From positions 192,001-256,000 of the forward strand of contig JBFWNU010000002.1 of NCBI GenBank assembly GCA_050250895.1: 64,000 bases of DNA, in the 5' to 3' direction. Both the position numbers and the translations under genes were made by a program. The notes under the pieces were generated by a model that searched no databases, was not told where the DNA came from, and saw only the letters and a program-made list of their open reading frames with translations. This DNA comes from Vulcanimicrobiota bacterium. Lineage in GTDB: Bacteria; Vulcanimicrobiota; Xenobia; Xenobiales; JADMJV01. Positions within the stretch are counted from its first letter, which is position 1. Each line of letters starts with the position of its first letter. Positions 49,383 to 58,368 of the stretch are shown piece by piece.

Positions 49383-49835
49383 TTATTCGAGAAATCGACG
49401 CAACTGTTCCACATCGGCCAGATCTTGGAGCCGACCCACAGCCTCTTTGTTGGTGATCAGGTCGCGGGCGGACAGAAAACCCACCTCGAGTCCGTCGAGT
49501 TCGACCACCAGCCGGCGCGGATAGCAAGAAGTGAAGTCGAGACCTTTTAGACTGGTCAGTAGCCCGACGCGATTGGGTTCATAACCGAGTTGGATGATGC
49601 GGTCCTCGGCTGTGAAGTCAGGCTCCTCCAAGCCGAGCCCGCCGAAGCCGAAGTCGGTTAGGGCGGCCAGTGTCCGGTGGGCGTTCTCAGGAGTGGCCTC
49701 CAACCAGATGTCGAGGTCTTTCGTGTAACGGGGAACCGAGTGCACCGAAGTCGCATATCCCCCGGCCACCAGGTAGCGAACGCCGTGATTGTTCAGCAGT
49801 TCGAGCAGGTCTCGAAAATCGGCTCCCAGCTTCAC
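49383..49835 (-). CDS. Nucleotidyltransferase-fold protein (DUF6036-like)
   Basis: YLVAGGYA..H..PRYTKDLD; NK...GR.QD..D; GTGA overlap with the upstream small ORF. Confidence 0.82.
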   Translation of the reverse strand: MKLGADFRDLLELLNNHGVRYLVAGGYATSVHSVPRYTKDLDIWLEATPENAHRTLAALTDFGFGGLGLEEPDFTAEDRIIQLGYEPNRVGLLTSLKGLDFTSCYPRRLVVELDGLEVGFLSARDLITNKEAVGRLQDLADVEQLRRFLE

Positions 49836-50014
49836 TTGACAGTTCGCCGAGTCACGACCCTGGCCATCGGTTGATCCGGATCGCCGAATCGGGCGATGAA
49901 CATCCTGCGCAGTTCCTCCAATTGAGCGATCGCCTGCTGGGGCGTCCGGCGGTGGAGGGGCTCCTGGTCGCCCTGGGTCCGCCGATGTACGACTCTCTTG
50001 ATGGCTCTCTCCAT
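49832..50014 (-). CDS. Small partner protein upstream of the nucleotidyltransferase
   Basis: 60-aa ORF (TPQQAIAQLEELR), translationally coupled. Confidence 0.6.
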   Translation of the reverse strand: MERAIKRVVHRRTQGDQEPLHRRTPQQAIAQLEELRRMFIARFGDPDQPMARVVTRRTVK

Positions 50015-50119
50015 AGAGTGTGTTTCGAGCTAGACTTCGGCGTCCCTCGAAATCGACGAGGCCAGGGCTGCTGGCTGTATTGACATCGGCCCCGAATGCC
50101 AATTGCTCTGACTATAGTC

Positions 50120-50365
50120 ATGACCAGGGTCGAACCGCGCAAAATGTCCAAAAGCAAGCTGAAGGCTCACATGCTCGCCGTGTTTCGCGAACTCGAAGAG
50201 AGCGGGGAAGAGTTGGTGGTCACCGACAACAATCGCCCCGTCCTGCGTATCGTCCCGTACATCGCGGCCACCTCTGTCGAGCAGGCCTTCCAGGCAGTGC
50301 GCGGGCGGCTGGTGTTGCACGAGGACCCCGACGTTCCGACCGTCGACGAATGGGACGAAGTCTAG
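50120..50365 (+). CDS. Phd/YefM-family antitoxin
   Basis: KSKLKAH...GEELVVTDNNRPV; 12-bp palindrome TGACTATAGTCA at 50109-50120 as a likely operator. Confidence 0.85.
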   Translation: MTRVEPRKMSKSKLKAHMLAVFRELEESGEELVVTDNNRPVLRIVPYIAATSVEQAFQAVRGRLVLHEDPDVPTVDEWDEV

Positions 50366-50368
50366 CCA

Positions 50369-50533
50369 GTGGTGGTCCTGGACCCCTCGGCCCTGCTCTA
50401 TTGGACCTTATCGACCGACCGGCTCTTCGAGCCCGCCCGGCTCACCATGGAGGCCACGGCCAGCCTGAGAGGCTGTTCGCTGGTGACCTCGGATCGGGCG
50501 ATCGCCGACTTCTACTCCAAGACCGTCTGGTAG
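50369..50533 (+). pseudogene. Internally deleted PIN/VapC toxin (54 aa)
   Basis: Manual translation VVVLDPSALLYWTLSTDRLFEPARLTME-ATASLRGCSLVTSDRAIADFYSKTVW joins a PIN N-terminus directly to a PIN C-terminus. Confidence 0.75.
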
Positions 50534-52026
50534 CCCAATCTCTGAAAGAGGCGGGTGCCGAGGCGGGCGAACACCAGCGTGACCACCAGATAGAACACGC
50601 AGCAAAGCCAGAAGAGGTGGCTGTGGTTGGTTTCCCACAGCAGAGTGGCAAGAGCCATGACCGGGCTGGTCAGGCTGAACATCAGGAAGTCGCGGCTTGT
50701 GCCCAGCACCGTGAAGACCAGGTCCAGCACAGTGCTACCCAGGAAAGCCGCCACGCCAGCCGCCATCACCCATTGGCCGGCCTTGCTGGTGGACATCGTA
50801 CGCGTCGAGGCCCACAGGCCAAAGGCCGAGATACCACCGATCACCAGCGCCGTGAGTCCGACTAATAGCAATCCGTTCCAGAGCGAGCCGTCCCGGACCT
50901 GAGCCACGGCCAACAGAAACAGGGGCGAGAAAACCGCCAGTTCCATCAGCAGGGGCATGGTGACGACCCCCAGTTTGCCGAGATAGATCTCGCCGGGAGT
51001 CATTCTGGTCGAGAGCAGACTCTCGAGGGTGCGTCGCTCGCCTTCTGCGGCCATGGCGCGAGCAGACTGATTGCCCGCCCGGGTGGCGAAGTAGATCAGA
51101 TGCAAGAACAACGAGAGGGTGGCGGCCTCTTCTAATCGCCAGTCCAGCGCCAGCGGCGCCCCGACCAGCGTAGTCAGCATGATCGCCGGATAGAGCCAGG
51201 GCTTCGAAAAGCTCAATTCGCGATAGAGTAGGGGATGGCGGTCGAGGCCGGGAAGACGGGGGCGAAACGGCTTGCTGCGCTTCCACTGGCGGGCCCCTTC
51301 GAGCGTGCATGACTGATAGGCGACCAGGGCAACCAGCAAGTGGGCTACGAGGAAGCTGCCGATGGAGTTGCTTCGGCAGGCGAAGCCGAATTGGGCCGCC
51401 GCAGCCACTACGGGGTTGACCACCTGCGACCAGGCCAGTCCGCTGCTGTTGCCGATGGCATCGAACAGGAAGCTACCGAGGAAGGTCGTTCCCAGCAAAG
51501 CATAACCCCACTGAGAAGCCTGGAAGTGCCCGGGGCAGCGGCTCGAGACGAAGAGTCCCAGGCAGGTGTAGCAGATCACCACCACCAGGGTGATCAGCAC
51601 GCACTTGAGCCAGAACCAGGGCGGCGCTTCGACCTGGTTATAGAAGAGCGGCACCAGGGGCAAAAAGACGAACTCGCGCAAGCGCTGCCACAGACAGATG
51701 CCCAGGTGGCCCCGCAAGACCTCGGTGGCGCTCGTCGGGGTCGAGGCTAGCACGTCGAGGGTCTGCGCATCGCGCTCTTTGGCGAAGGCGCCTAGCGCCC
51801 CGAACAGCGAGCGGGCGGCAAAATAGAGAAAGTGGGCCATCGCTGTCAGGGTCAGGGCCAGGCTGGGGCCGTCGTAGTGGTCGCCGGCCCAGGCCGTGAC
51901 CAGCAGGCCCGGTGTCAGCACTACCAGGGGGTAGGTCAGCCACTGGACCAGGCTTTGGGGGTTATTGCGGGCCGCCCGTTGGGCGCGATAACAGATGGCG
52001 TTCTCGTGAAACATGATGGCCTCCAC
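50512..52026 (-). CDS. ABC-2-type permease with internal duplication
   Basis: Two repeats: KERDAQTLDVLASTP and AEGERRTLESLLSTR..GKL. Confidence 0.8.
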   Translation of the reverse strand: MEAIMFHENAICYRAQRAARNNPQSLVQWLTYPLVVLTPGLLVTAWAGDHYDGPSLALTLTAMAHFLYFAARSLFGALGAFAKERDAQTLDVLASTPTSATEVLRGHLGICLWQRLREFVFLPLVPLFYNQVEAPPWFWLKCVLITLVVVICYTCLGLFVSSRCPGHFQASQWGYALLGTTFLGSFLFDAIGNSSGLAWSQVVNPVVAAAAQFGFACRSNSIGSFLVAHLLVALVAYQSCTLEGARQWKRSKPFRPRLPGLDRHPLLYRELSFSKPWLYPAIMLTTLVGAPLALDWRLEEAATLSLFLHLIYFATRAGNQSARAMAAEGERRTLESLLSTRMTPGEIYLGKLGVVTMPLLMELAVFSPLFLLAVAQVRDGSLWNGLLLVGLTALVIGGISAFGLWASTRTMSTSKAGQWVMAAGVAAFLGSTVLDLVFTVLGTSRDFLMFSLTSPVMALATLLWETNHSHLFWLCCVFYLVVTLVFARLGTRLFQRLGYQTVLE

Positions 52027-52070
52027 CGGCTCTGGTCGTCTTTACCCCATGTTTTCTTCCTCGGCCGGGA

Positions 52071-52099
52071 TTGACCTGGGGGGGGAAGGTGCTTATAAT
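52071..52099 (+). promoter_or_regulatory. Sigma70 promoter of tRNA-Trp
   Basis: TTGACC-17 bp-TATAAT. Confidence 0.88.
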
Positions 52100-52110
52100 G
52101 GGGACCGCAT

Positions 52111-52186
52111 AGGGGTGTAGCTCAGTTGGTAGAGCGCCGGTCTCCAAAACCGTAGGTCGCGGGTTCGAGTCCTGTCACCCCTGCCA
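52111..52186 (+). tRNA. trnW: tRNA-Trp(CCA)
   Basis: 76-nt cloverleaf: acceptor AGGGGTG/CACCCCT, anticodon loop CTCCAAA, TTCGAGT T-loop, G73, encoded CCA. Confidence 0.97.
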
Positions 52187-52211
52187 AAGCCCGTTCGTTC
52201 GGGCTTTTTTT
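52186..52211 (+). terminator. Terminator of tRNA-Trp
   Basis: AAAGCCCG-TTCGTT-CGGGCTTT followed by a T-tract. Confidence 0.85.
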
Positions 52212-52339
52212 GTTGGGTGAGTTGGACGGTAACCGGACACTAAACCGGACACGAGGGTCGGAAGACCTTTGGCGACAACACGTTCGGAAGGAGCCTTCCA
52301 GCGTGAATCCAATTCAAAGCAGGTGAAGGACCACCCCGG

Positions 52340-52639
52340 GTGAGCGACGATGACAAGTTGCACCTCTTCCTCGATGAAACCGGCCAGCACAGCCAGGGCG
52401 AGTATTTCATCTTGGCCGTCGTGGTCATTGGGAAGGGTAGGCTGCAAGCCGCCCGTCAGGAGATAGAGGCCCTCGAGCAAAAGACCAATCGTCGGGGCGC
52501 GAAATGGTCCAAGACCAACGGCAACGAAGCGCTCCTGCGCCTCGCGGACGCCCACGCAGGCTACCAGGGGGACAAGCATCGCATGAAGCGCTACGCCCAC
52601 GGTTGGACCGACTTGGACTGTCATCTTGTCGAGATATGA
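52340..52639 (+). pseudogene. DUF3800-family gene, apparently internally deleted (99 aa)
   Basis: N-terminal LFLDETG...YFILAVV and C-terminal LLRLADAHAG family-like motifs with little between them. Confidence 0.65.
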
Positions 52640-52775
52640 AAAAGTCAGGCTGTCGTTGGCCTGACTACCCAGCGATTTCGCTGGCTGCCCCTAGACTCGA
52701 CGGGAATGTCGAGACACCGCCCATACGGCGCGTATTCGGGGGCCCGATTCCGGGCACGAGACGGGTTTCGATCCG
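52639..52775 (-). ncRNA. Candidate structured RNA convergent to the DUF3800 gene
   Basis: Minus-strand TACAAT at 52781-52786, five hairpins, and a terminal AGTCAGGC/GCCTGACT stem followed by T5. Confidence 0.55.
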
Positions 52776-52978
52776 GCTCCATTGTATCCTACCACAACCT
52801 GAGGAAGACGAGAATGGTTTCGCCATCTTGACCGCAACCGGACTCGAGGGACGGAAGACGGCGCGGCAATTGCACATCAGATGAAGAGACGACCCCGAAG
52901 CCATGAAAGAGGCGTTGGCGGAGACGCTATTGCGTCTCGCCGCCGAGCGCCTTTACCTGGCCAGGTGGACCCAGCAAA

Positions 52979-54202
52979 TCAGGGCGTTCTACCACGACGC
53001 CCGATGAGCCGATCGAAGGTGATAGCGAGGATTGTACCGCCGCGGTCGTCCTGCGCGTTTCTGGCTATCACGAATGCCGGCTCCACATAGTTGAACGCTA
53101 GGCCATTGCGCCAGAGGACGGCGTCGGCAACCAGTCGCGCTAATCTTGCGTTTCCATCCGCGAAGGGGTGGAAGAAGCAGCAGTCGAGATACGCCATCGC
53201 TGCTCTCCAGATTGGGTGAAGCGCGGTGTCATTCGCTTCTGCCAGCTTTTGGTCAAACAGCGAAAGATTCGCTACGCCATAACGTTCCCGGCCATTCTTT
53301 GCAAAGGCGTCGGTTTCTCGCAAGTGGACTCCGTTCTTGTTTAAGACGAGCTTTTGCCACGCTGTGAGGACTTCAAACGTGAGGGGCTGGGTGGAATCAG
53401 CCCATTTGCGGCATGCCGTCAAAGCGGCCAGCATGTGTTCGTCCTTCTCAGTGCGTTTAATGTACATGACATGTCCATCTGAGCGAAGTGGATTGTGTTG
53501 TCGCCAAAAGTGGCTCCATTGCTCATTCGGAGGCTCGCGCACGTTGAGCCAAACTTCCAGGCTGTCCTCTTGGGTGATCATGGTGGCGCCCACCACCTCG
53601 CCCACCCGCCTGGAAGCTTCTTCTATTTGTGCTTTGGTTGGCTCGGTCCAGCTATGGAAGTGGCCCGAAAAGATTTTCTCGACCAGCGCTCTGGTGTGTC
53701 GGTCGCTGTGAGCGCTCGCCTCCAGGTACCAGTTGAGCGTCAGGGCGCAAGTCCTGTACCAGGCATCCGAGGTCTCGGTCCTCCGAATAATCATGGGCAC
53801 TAAGCGGGCGGCAACTGTCTCGATCTGGGCGGCCGCGTTTGACCCGGTCTTCATTGGTACTTCTGCTAGAATTCCGTCGAACTCCTCCAGAAATTCTCGC
53901 CACTGCTGTACAGCCGCGAGCACCGTTGTGACAATGTTTTCGCCTGGACCTTCCGGGTCAATTTCACTGACCACGGGGCCGCCGTCCTCGCTTGAGCGCC
54001 AACCGGCTATCCAGATTCCGAACTCTTGGATCAACAGCTGATCAAGACAGCCCTCGAGATAGTAGTCGTCGTTGTCTTGGTTGGAGTGCCAATCGTGAGT
54101 TGACAAGAAACCTTCGACTATAGCGCGGGCTCGGTCTCGATCAAAGTGTCGGCTCTCGGGTAACACGTCGTTCCACCGTAACCTATACGAACAGATGTCC
54201 AT
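52979..54202 (-). CDS. Fic-domain protein
   Basis: HPFADGNARLAR Fic motif; visibly more AT-rich codons than the flanks. Start trimmed to ATG 54202. Confidence 0.85.
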   Translation of the reverse strand: MDICSYRLRWNDVLPESRHFDRDRARAIVEGFLSTHDWHSNQDNDDYYLEGCLDQLLIQEFGIWIAGWRSSEDGGPVVSEIDPEGPGENIVTTVLAAVQQWREFLEEFDGILAEVPMKTGSNAAAQIETVAARLVPMIIRRTETSDAWYRTCALTLNWYLEASAHSDRHTRALVEKIFSGHFHSWTEPTKAQIEEASRRVGEVVGATMITQEDSLEVWLNVREPPNEQWSHFWRQHNPLRSDGHVMYIKRTEKDEHMLAALTACRKWADSTQPLTFEVLTAWQKLVLNKNGVHLRETDAFAKNGRERYGVANLSLFDQKLAEANDTALHPIWRAAMAYLDCCFFHPFADGNARLARLVADAVLWRNGLAFNYVEPAFVIARNAQDDRGGTILAITFDRLIGRRGRTP

Positions 54203-54323
54203 TGTGGTGCGCTTTCTCACCAGCAGAGAGTTAAGCCTTCGTGAACTCACGTTCCACCAGTTCACCAGTACCCCGATCCGGGCCTGAGACAGGACTGTGC
54301 CCGATGGATACCAATCCAACCAG

Positions 54324-54361
54324 GCTTGTTCAGACGGCGGAATTCCGCCGTCTGAACAAGC
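54324..54361. repeat. Perfect 38-bp palindrome with no spacer
   Basis: GCTTGTTCAGACGGCGGAA|TTCCGCCGTCTGAACAAGC. Confidence 0.95.
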
Positions 54362-54506
54362 TCTCTTCTGGGGGTCTTCGGCCGGAGGCCGCAGCCGGGG
54401 CGCGCAGACGACCTTAAGGGCCTTGAAAGAGGCGTTGGCGGGGCGCCCCATTCACGTGATCAGAGGGGTTAGTGGGGGTGAAAGAGGTCGATGGCCGCGA
54501 TCTCCG

Positions 54507-55139
54507 TCAAAAAGGTCCACTGTATTCGGACTCAACTCGAGGAAGAGGGTAGGGTGGCGTGGTCTCTCGCACCTCTTCGATGAGTTCCCCGTCGGGGGGC
54601 GGAAAAACGTCCTCCAGCCTCAGACACAGGTCAGGGAAGGCCGGGCTTCGGAGGGTCTCCGCCTCGGTGTAGGTGCCGGCGATGCGATAGCTGTCACCAT
54701 CCAAAGACAGCACCTCGGCCAGGGCCGGATAGGGCCGCAGGATCCAGTATTCTTTCACGCCCGCCGTGGCGTAGAGCCTGAGCTTCCGGACCCGGTCGTG
54801 GCGCTCGGTGCTAGGCGAGAGGATCTCGACGGCCAGGGTGGGCGCCCCTTCGATATGGGTCGGCGTGATCTGAGCCCTGTCGCAAACCACAATCAGGTCA
54901 GGCTGGACCGCGTCATACTCCGAGAGACGAACGTCGATTGGGGACACGAAGACCCGGCAGGGACGGCCTTTGAAATGCGCGTGAAGCAGTGCGAGTAGCT
55001 CTGTGAGAACGGCCTGATGGGCGACTCGCGGCGCCGTCATCGCATAGGGCCGGCCGTCGATGATCTCCCAGCGAGACTCGTCGTCCCAGGTGCGGTACTC
55101 GGCCCAACTGACCTTGCGTCCGCTTCGCGATGACTCCAT
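54507..55139 (-). CDS. Uma2-family endonuclease
   Basis: RWEIIDG, VQPD, EILSPST..D..K..Y, EYWI; TATAAT 6 nt upstream. Confidence 0.92.
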   Translation of the reverse strand: MESSRSGRKVSWAEYRTWDDESRWEIIDGRPYAMTAPRVAHQAVLTELLALLHAHFKGRPCRVFVSPIDVRLSEYDAVQPDLIVVCDRAQITPTHIEGAPTLAVEILSPSTERHDRVRKLRLYATAGVKEYWILRPYPALAEVLSLDGDSYRIAGTYTEAETLRSPAFPDLCLRLEDVFPPPDGELIEEVRETTPPYPLPRVESEYSGPF

Positions 55140-55237
55140 CGTTGGATTATAGCCGATTTTCTCTGAGCGGTGTATCGGGCGGTGGCGGGGCAAACGGCTC
55201 CAAAGGACACCGGCCCGAGCGAACGAAACCCTCCACT

Positions 55238-55570
55238 ATGCCTGATCACCGCGACTGGGAGTTGGCCAAAGAGTTTCGGCGCCGCCTCGAGCCCCTGCTC
55301 GGAGAGCGCCTGCTCGAGGTCAGGATGTTTGGCTCGCGAGTGCGGGGCGACCACCGGCCCGACTCTGACCTCGACTTGTTCGTCAAGGTCGATACCGCCC
55401 CGGTCAAGACGCGATGGGCCATCTACGACGTGGCTACGGACATCAACGCAGAAACCGGCTTTGCCATTCCGCTGGCGCCGTTGGTGATGGCCGAGGCCGA
55501 GTTCGAGCATCTTCGCAATCGGGAACGGCGACTGGCTCGCGACATCCTCGAGGAGGGCGTGGTCGTTTGA
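55238..55570 (+). CDS. Minimal nucleotidyltransferase (MNT) antitoxin
   Basis: MFGSRVRGD...DSDLDL motif. Confidence 0.9.
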   Translation: MPDHRDWELAKEFRRRLEPLLGERLLEVRMFGSRVRGDHRPDSDLDLFVKVDTAPVKTRWAIYDVATDINAETGFAIPLAPLVMAEAEFEHLRNRERRLARDILEEGVVV

Positions 55571-55977
55571 CCGACGAGAACCGGCGCCGCAACGCGCGCG
55601 ATGAGTGGGCCCTGGCCGAGTCCTCCTGGGCCGCCGCCGAGTTGTTGGGTCAGAATGGCTTCCATCGGGACGCCGTGGCCCGCTACTACTATGCCGCCTT
55701 GCATGCTGCTCGGGCAGCTTTGTTGACTCACGGAGAGGAGCCCCGCACCCACCTGGGCGTGTCCTCGCGATTCAACGAGCTCTTCGTTCGGGGCGACCTG
55801 ATGCCAACCAGCAGTTCGCGGGTGCTGGGCCGGTTGCAGCGCGAGCGGGAACAGGCCGACTACCATCGCGATGTCATCTTTCGCGAGGCGGACGTCGAGG
55901 AGGCGCGGCAGAGCGTCGAAGCGTTCCTGGAGGCTTTGCGGGGCCTGTTGACCCAGGGCGGGTGGCTCGAGTCGTAG
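55567..55977 (+). CDS. HEPN domain protein
   Basis: RYYYAALHAARAAL, PRTH.GV, R.QADY; TTGA overlap with the MNT. Confidence 0.88.
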   Translation: MTDENRRRNARDEWALAESSWAAAELLGQNGFHRDAVARYYYAALHAARAALLTHGEEPRTHLGVSSRFNELFVRGDLMPTSSSRVLGRLQREREQADYHRDVIFREADVEEARQSVEAFLEALRGLLTQGGWLES

Positions 55978-56263
55978 CCAAAGAGAAAGCCACCTTCACG
56001 AGCGGGGGGGTGACTTGTCGTGAAGGTGGCTATCAGCCATTCGGCTGATTCGCTCTATATCCCTGTCAGAAGCCATTATTAAGTTTCTAGGTTTTCTTTG
56101 GTGTGGTTTACATTGCTCAATGTTGCATATATGGAATAAATGTCCTATAATGGGACCCGTTGGGTTGTCAAGTATCGGGAAAGTCCCGAAGCTGTGACCC
56201 GGTACAGTGTTCTTCAGACTCCAGGGCCGTCGTAAGCTAGTGCAGCCCGCGGAAGGAGTCATC

Positions 56264-56647
56264 ATGAAGAAGGTCTTCTCACCCGTTTGGCTGGTCCTGA
56301 GCCTGGTGGTCTTTGTCGCAATTCAACTGGTCTTTGGCGCGCTCGCCGGCAAGTTCTTGTTGGGCGGGCACACCGCCCAGCACACCCGCTTTCTGATTGA
56401 AGGTCTGGTGGTGCTGATCAGTTACTTCGTGGGAGCCTTTCTGATCGGGGTCGTCTCGCCTGATGTGCGCCTGGTCGAGCCGGTCGCGGCGGCCTTTCTG
56501 GCCACTCTGGCCGTGATGTCGGTGGCCCTGATGGTGCCGAGCTGGTTCTTGGTGGCCAGCCTCGGACGCCTCATCGCCTGCAGCCTCATCGCTTGCGGGA
56601 CCGCCCTGGTGGGCGTGCTCACCGGCGAATTGGTCAGCAATCGCTAG
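56264..56647 (+). CDS. Hypothetical four-TM protein
   Basis: AAGGAG RBS; four hydrophobic helices. Confidence 0.7.
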   Translation: MKKVFSPVWLVLSLVVFVAIQLVFGALAGKFLLGGHTAQHTRFLIEGLVVLISYFVGAFLIGVVSPDVRLVEPVAAAFLATLAVMSVALMVPSWFLVASLGRLIACSLIACGTALVGVLTGELVSNR

Positions 56648-58290
56648 CGTAGCAGCGAGAGCAAGGTGGTGGCCACCACGATCTTGGTGATCATCGCCAC
56701 CGAGAACACCGAGGAATAACCGATGTTGACGCCGTCACTCTTGACGAGAGAGTTGGCGTAGGCCAGGCAGGCCGGCTGGGTGTGAGCTCCCGAGATCACA
56801 CCCAGCAGCGTCACCAGATTGACTCCCAGGTGGCGCCCGCCCAGGCCCAGAATCAGAGCCGAGGTCAAGGTGATGATGGCCCCACAACCCATCAGCAGCA
56901 GACCATTGGTCTGCATGGCGCCGACGAATTGCCCACCCGCCTTGATTCCCACCGAGGCCAGAAAGAACAACAGGCCAATCTGGCGCAGAGCCAGATTGGC
57001 CTCCAGGGACAAGGTCCACACGATATTGCCGGTGCGGCGCAGCTTGCCCAGGATGAGCGCCACCACCAGACAACCACCGGCCACCCCCAGGGTGGGGTAG
57101 GGCTGGCTGCCAACCGGAATGGGTATGCTCCCGATGAGGACTCCCAGCACCATTCCGAGCGATACCGAGAGATAGTCGGTGTGGGCAATCTGCTCTAGCG
57201 AGTCGCCTAAAAACTTGCCGGCGCGCTCGAGGTCAGGGGCTCTTCCCACCACCCGCACTACATCGCCCTCTTCCAGCAGCCAGTGGGAGGAAGCGGGCAC
57301 CTCGACATCGCCGCGGCGGATGCGGGTCGCCGTCACCCGATAGGCGGCCTCGAGGTGCAACTCCTCGAGCCGCTTGCCCACCAGGTCCTGGTTGGACACG
57401 AAGAAGCGTCCGTAGGTTACCTGGCCGTGCTGTTGCTCGAGGTGCTCGTCGGTGGGTTCGCCCAAGATTTCGAGCGCCTGGGCGTGCATCTCTTCGTTGC
57501 CCACCGCCAGCACGATGTCGCCCACGGCCAGGACCGTCTCGGGCTCGACCGTGTCCAATCGGCCTTCGTGCAGTCGCCGGGCCACGATCAGCCCGCAATG
57601 TTCGGCCACCCAGCCCACCTCCAGCTGGTTGGTGTTCGGCTTGAGCCTGGTTACGCGATAGTTGCGGGCGGTCACGGGGCCTCTTCCCCCGCCACTCTCC
57701 TGGTCATACGAGGCGACCTCTTGCTCCGGGTTGGTCGAACGCAGCAGCAGCGCCATCACCGCAAACACGCCCAGCACCCCGAAGGGATAGGCTACCGAAT
57801 AACCCACCGCCGGTCCTTCCAGGTCGACCGAGTCGCTACTCACTTTGGCCAGTCGTTGTTGCATCTCGAGCTGGGCCGCCAGGGCCGGGGTGTTGGTGGT
57901 GGCCCCGCAAAAGAGCCCGGCTGCCTGGGCTCCCGGCAAATGGGCCAGGCTCGTCAACCCGAGCGTGGCCCCCGCCGCCGCCAGCACGGCCACGGCCGTG
58001 AGCAGGCTCAGGCGCAAACCCTGGGAAGTCTGCAAGGCTTGAAAGACCCCCGGACCTGAGGCCAGTCCGATGGTGTAGACGAACAAGGCCAGGCCGATCC
58101 CCGAGACGACGGGTGGGATGTCGAAAGCCTGGGGGTCCCAGGCGCCCAGGCCAAGCCCTACGAACAGCACCGCCGCCACGCCCAGCGAAAAGCCTCGGAT
58201 GCGCCAGGCTCCGACGACGTACCCCAGTCCGATGACGGCGAACAGGCGCAGGGTGACGCTGTCGGCCAGAAAGTCGTGTAATGTCTGCAC
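56644..58290 (-). CDS. AspT/YidE/YbjL-family antiporter with two TrkA_C domains
   Basis: LFVYTIG, GATTNTPAL, YPFGV, LFFLASVG, GAHTQPACL. Confidence 0.9.
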   Translation of the reverse strand: MQTLHDFLADSVTLRLFAVIGLGYVVGAWRIRGFSLGVAAVLFVGLGLGAWDPQAFDIPPVVSGIGLALFVYTIGLASGPGVFQALQTSQGLRLSLLTAVAVLAAAGATLGLTSLAHLPGAQAAGLFCGATTNTPALAAQLEMQQRLAKVSSDSVDLEGPAVGYSVAYPFGVLGVFAVMALLLRSTNPEQEVASYDQESGGGRGPVTARNYRVTRLKPNTNQLEVGWVAEHCGLIVARRLHEGRLDTVEPETVLAVGDIVLAVGNEEMHAQALEILGEPTDEHLEQQHGQVTYGRFFVSNQDLVGKRLEELHLEAAYRVTATRIRRGDVEVPASSHWLLEEGDVVRVVGRAPDLERAGKFLGDSLEQIAHTDYLSVSLGMVLGVLIGSIPIPVGSQPYPTLGVAGGCLVVALILGKLRRTGNIVWTLSLEANLALRQIGLLFFLASVGIKAGGQFVGAMQTNGLLLMGCGAIITLTSALILGLGGRHLGVNLVTLLGVISGAHTQPACLAYANSLVKSDGVNIGYSSVFSVAMITKIVVATTLLSLLR

Positions 58291-58368
58291 CGCCCGATGG
58301 CTTACTGCCTTGCTGGGGAGCTTCCCTGCCGGGTTGGCCCGCCGGTCAGATTATGGTAGGCTGGTGCG

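Noticed and set aside
52187-56200. Intact integrative element or prophage at tRNA-Trp
   Set aside because: No integrase, phage or conjugation genes, and no attR copy of the tRNA 3' end was seen.
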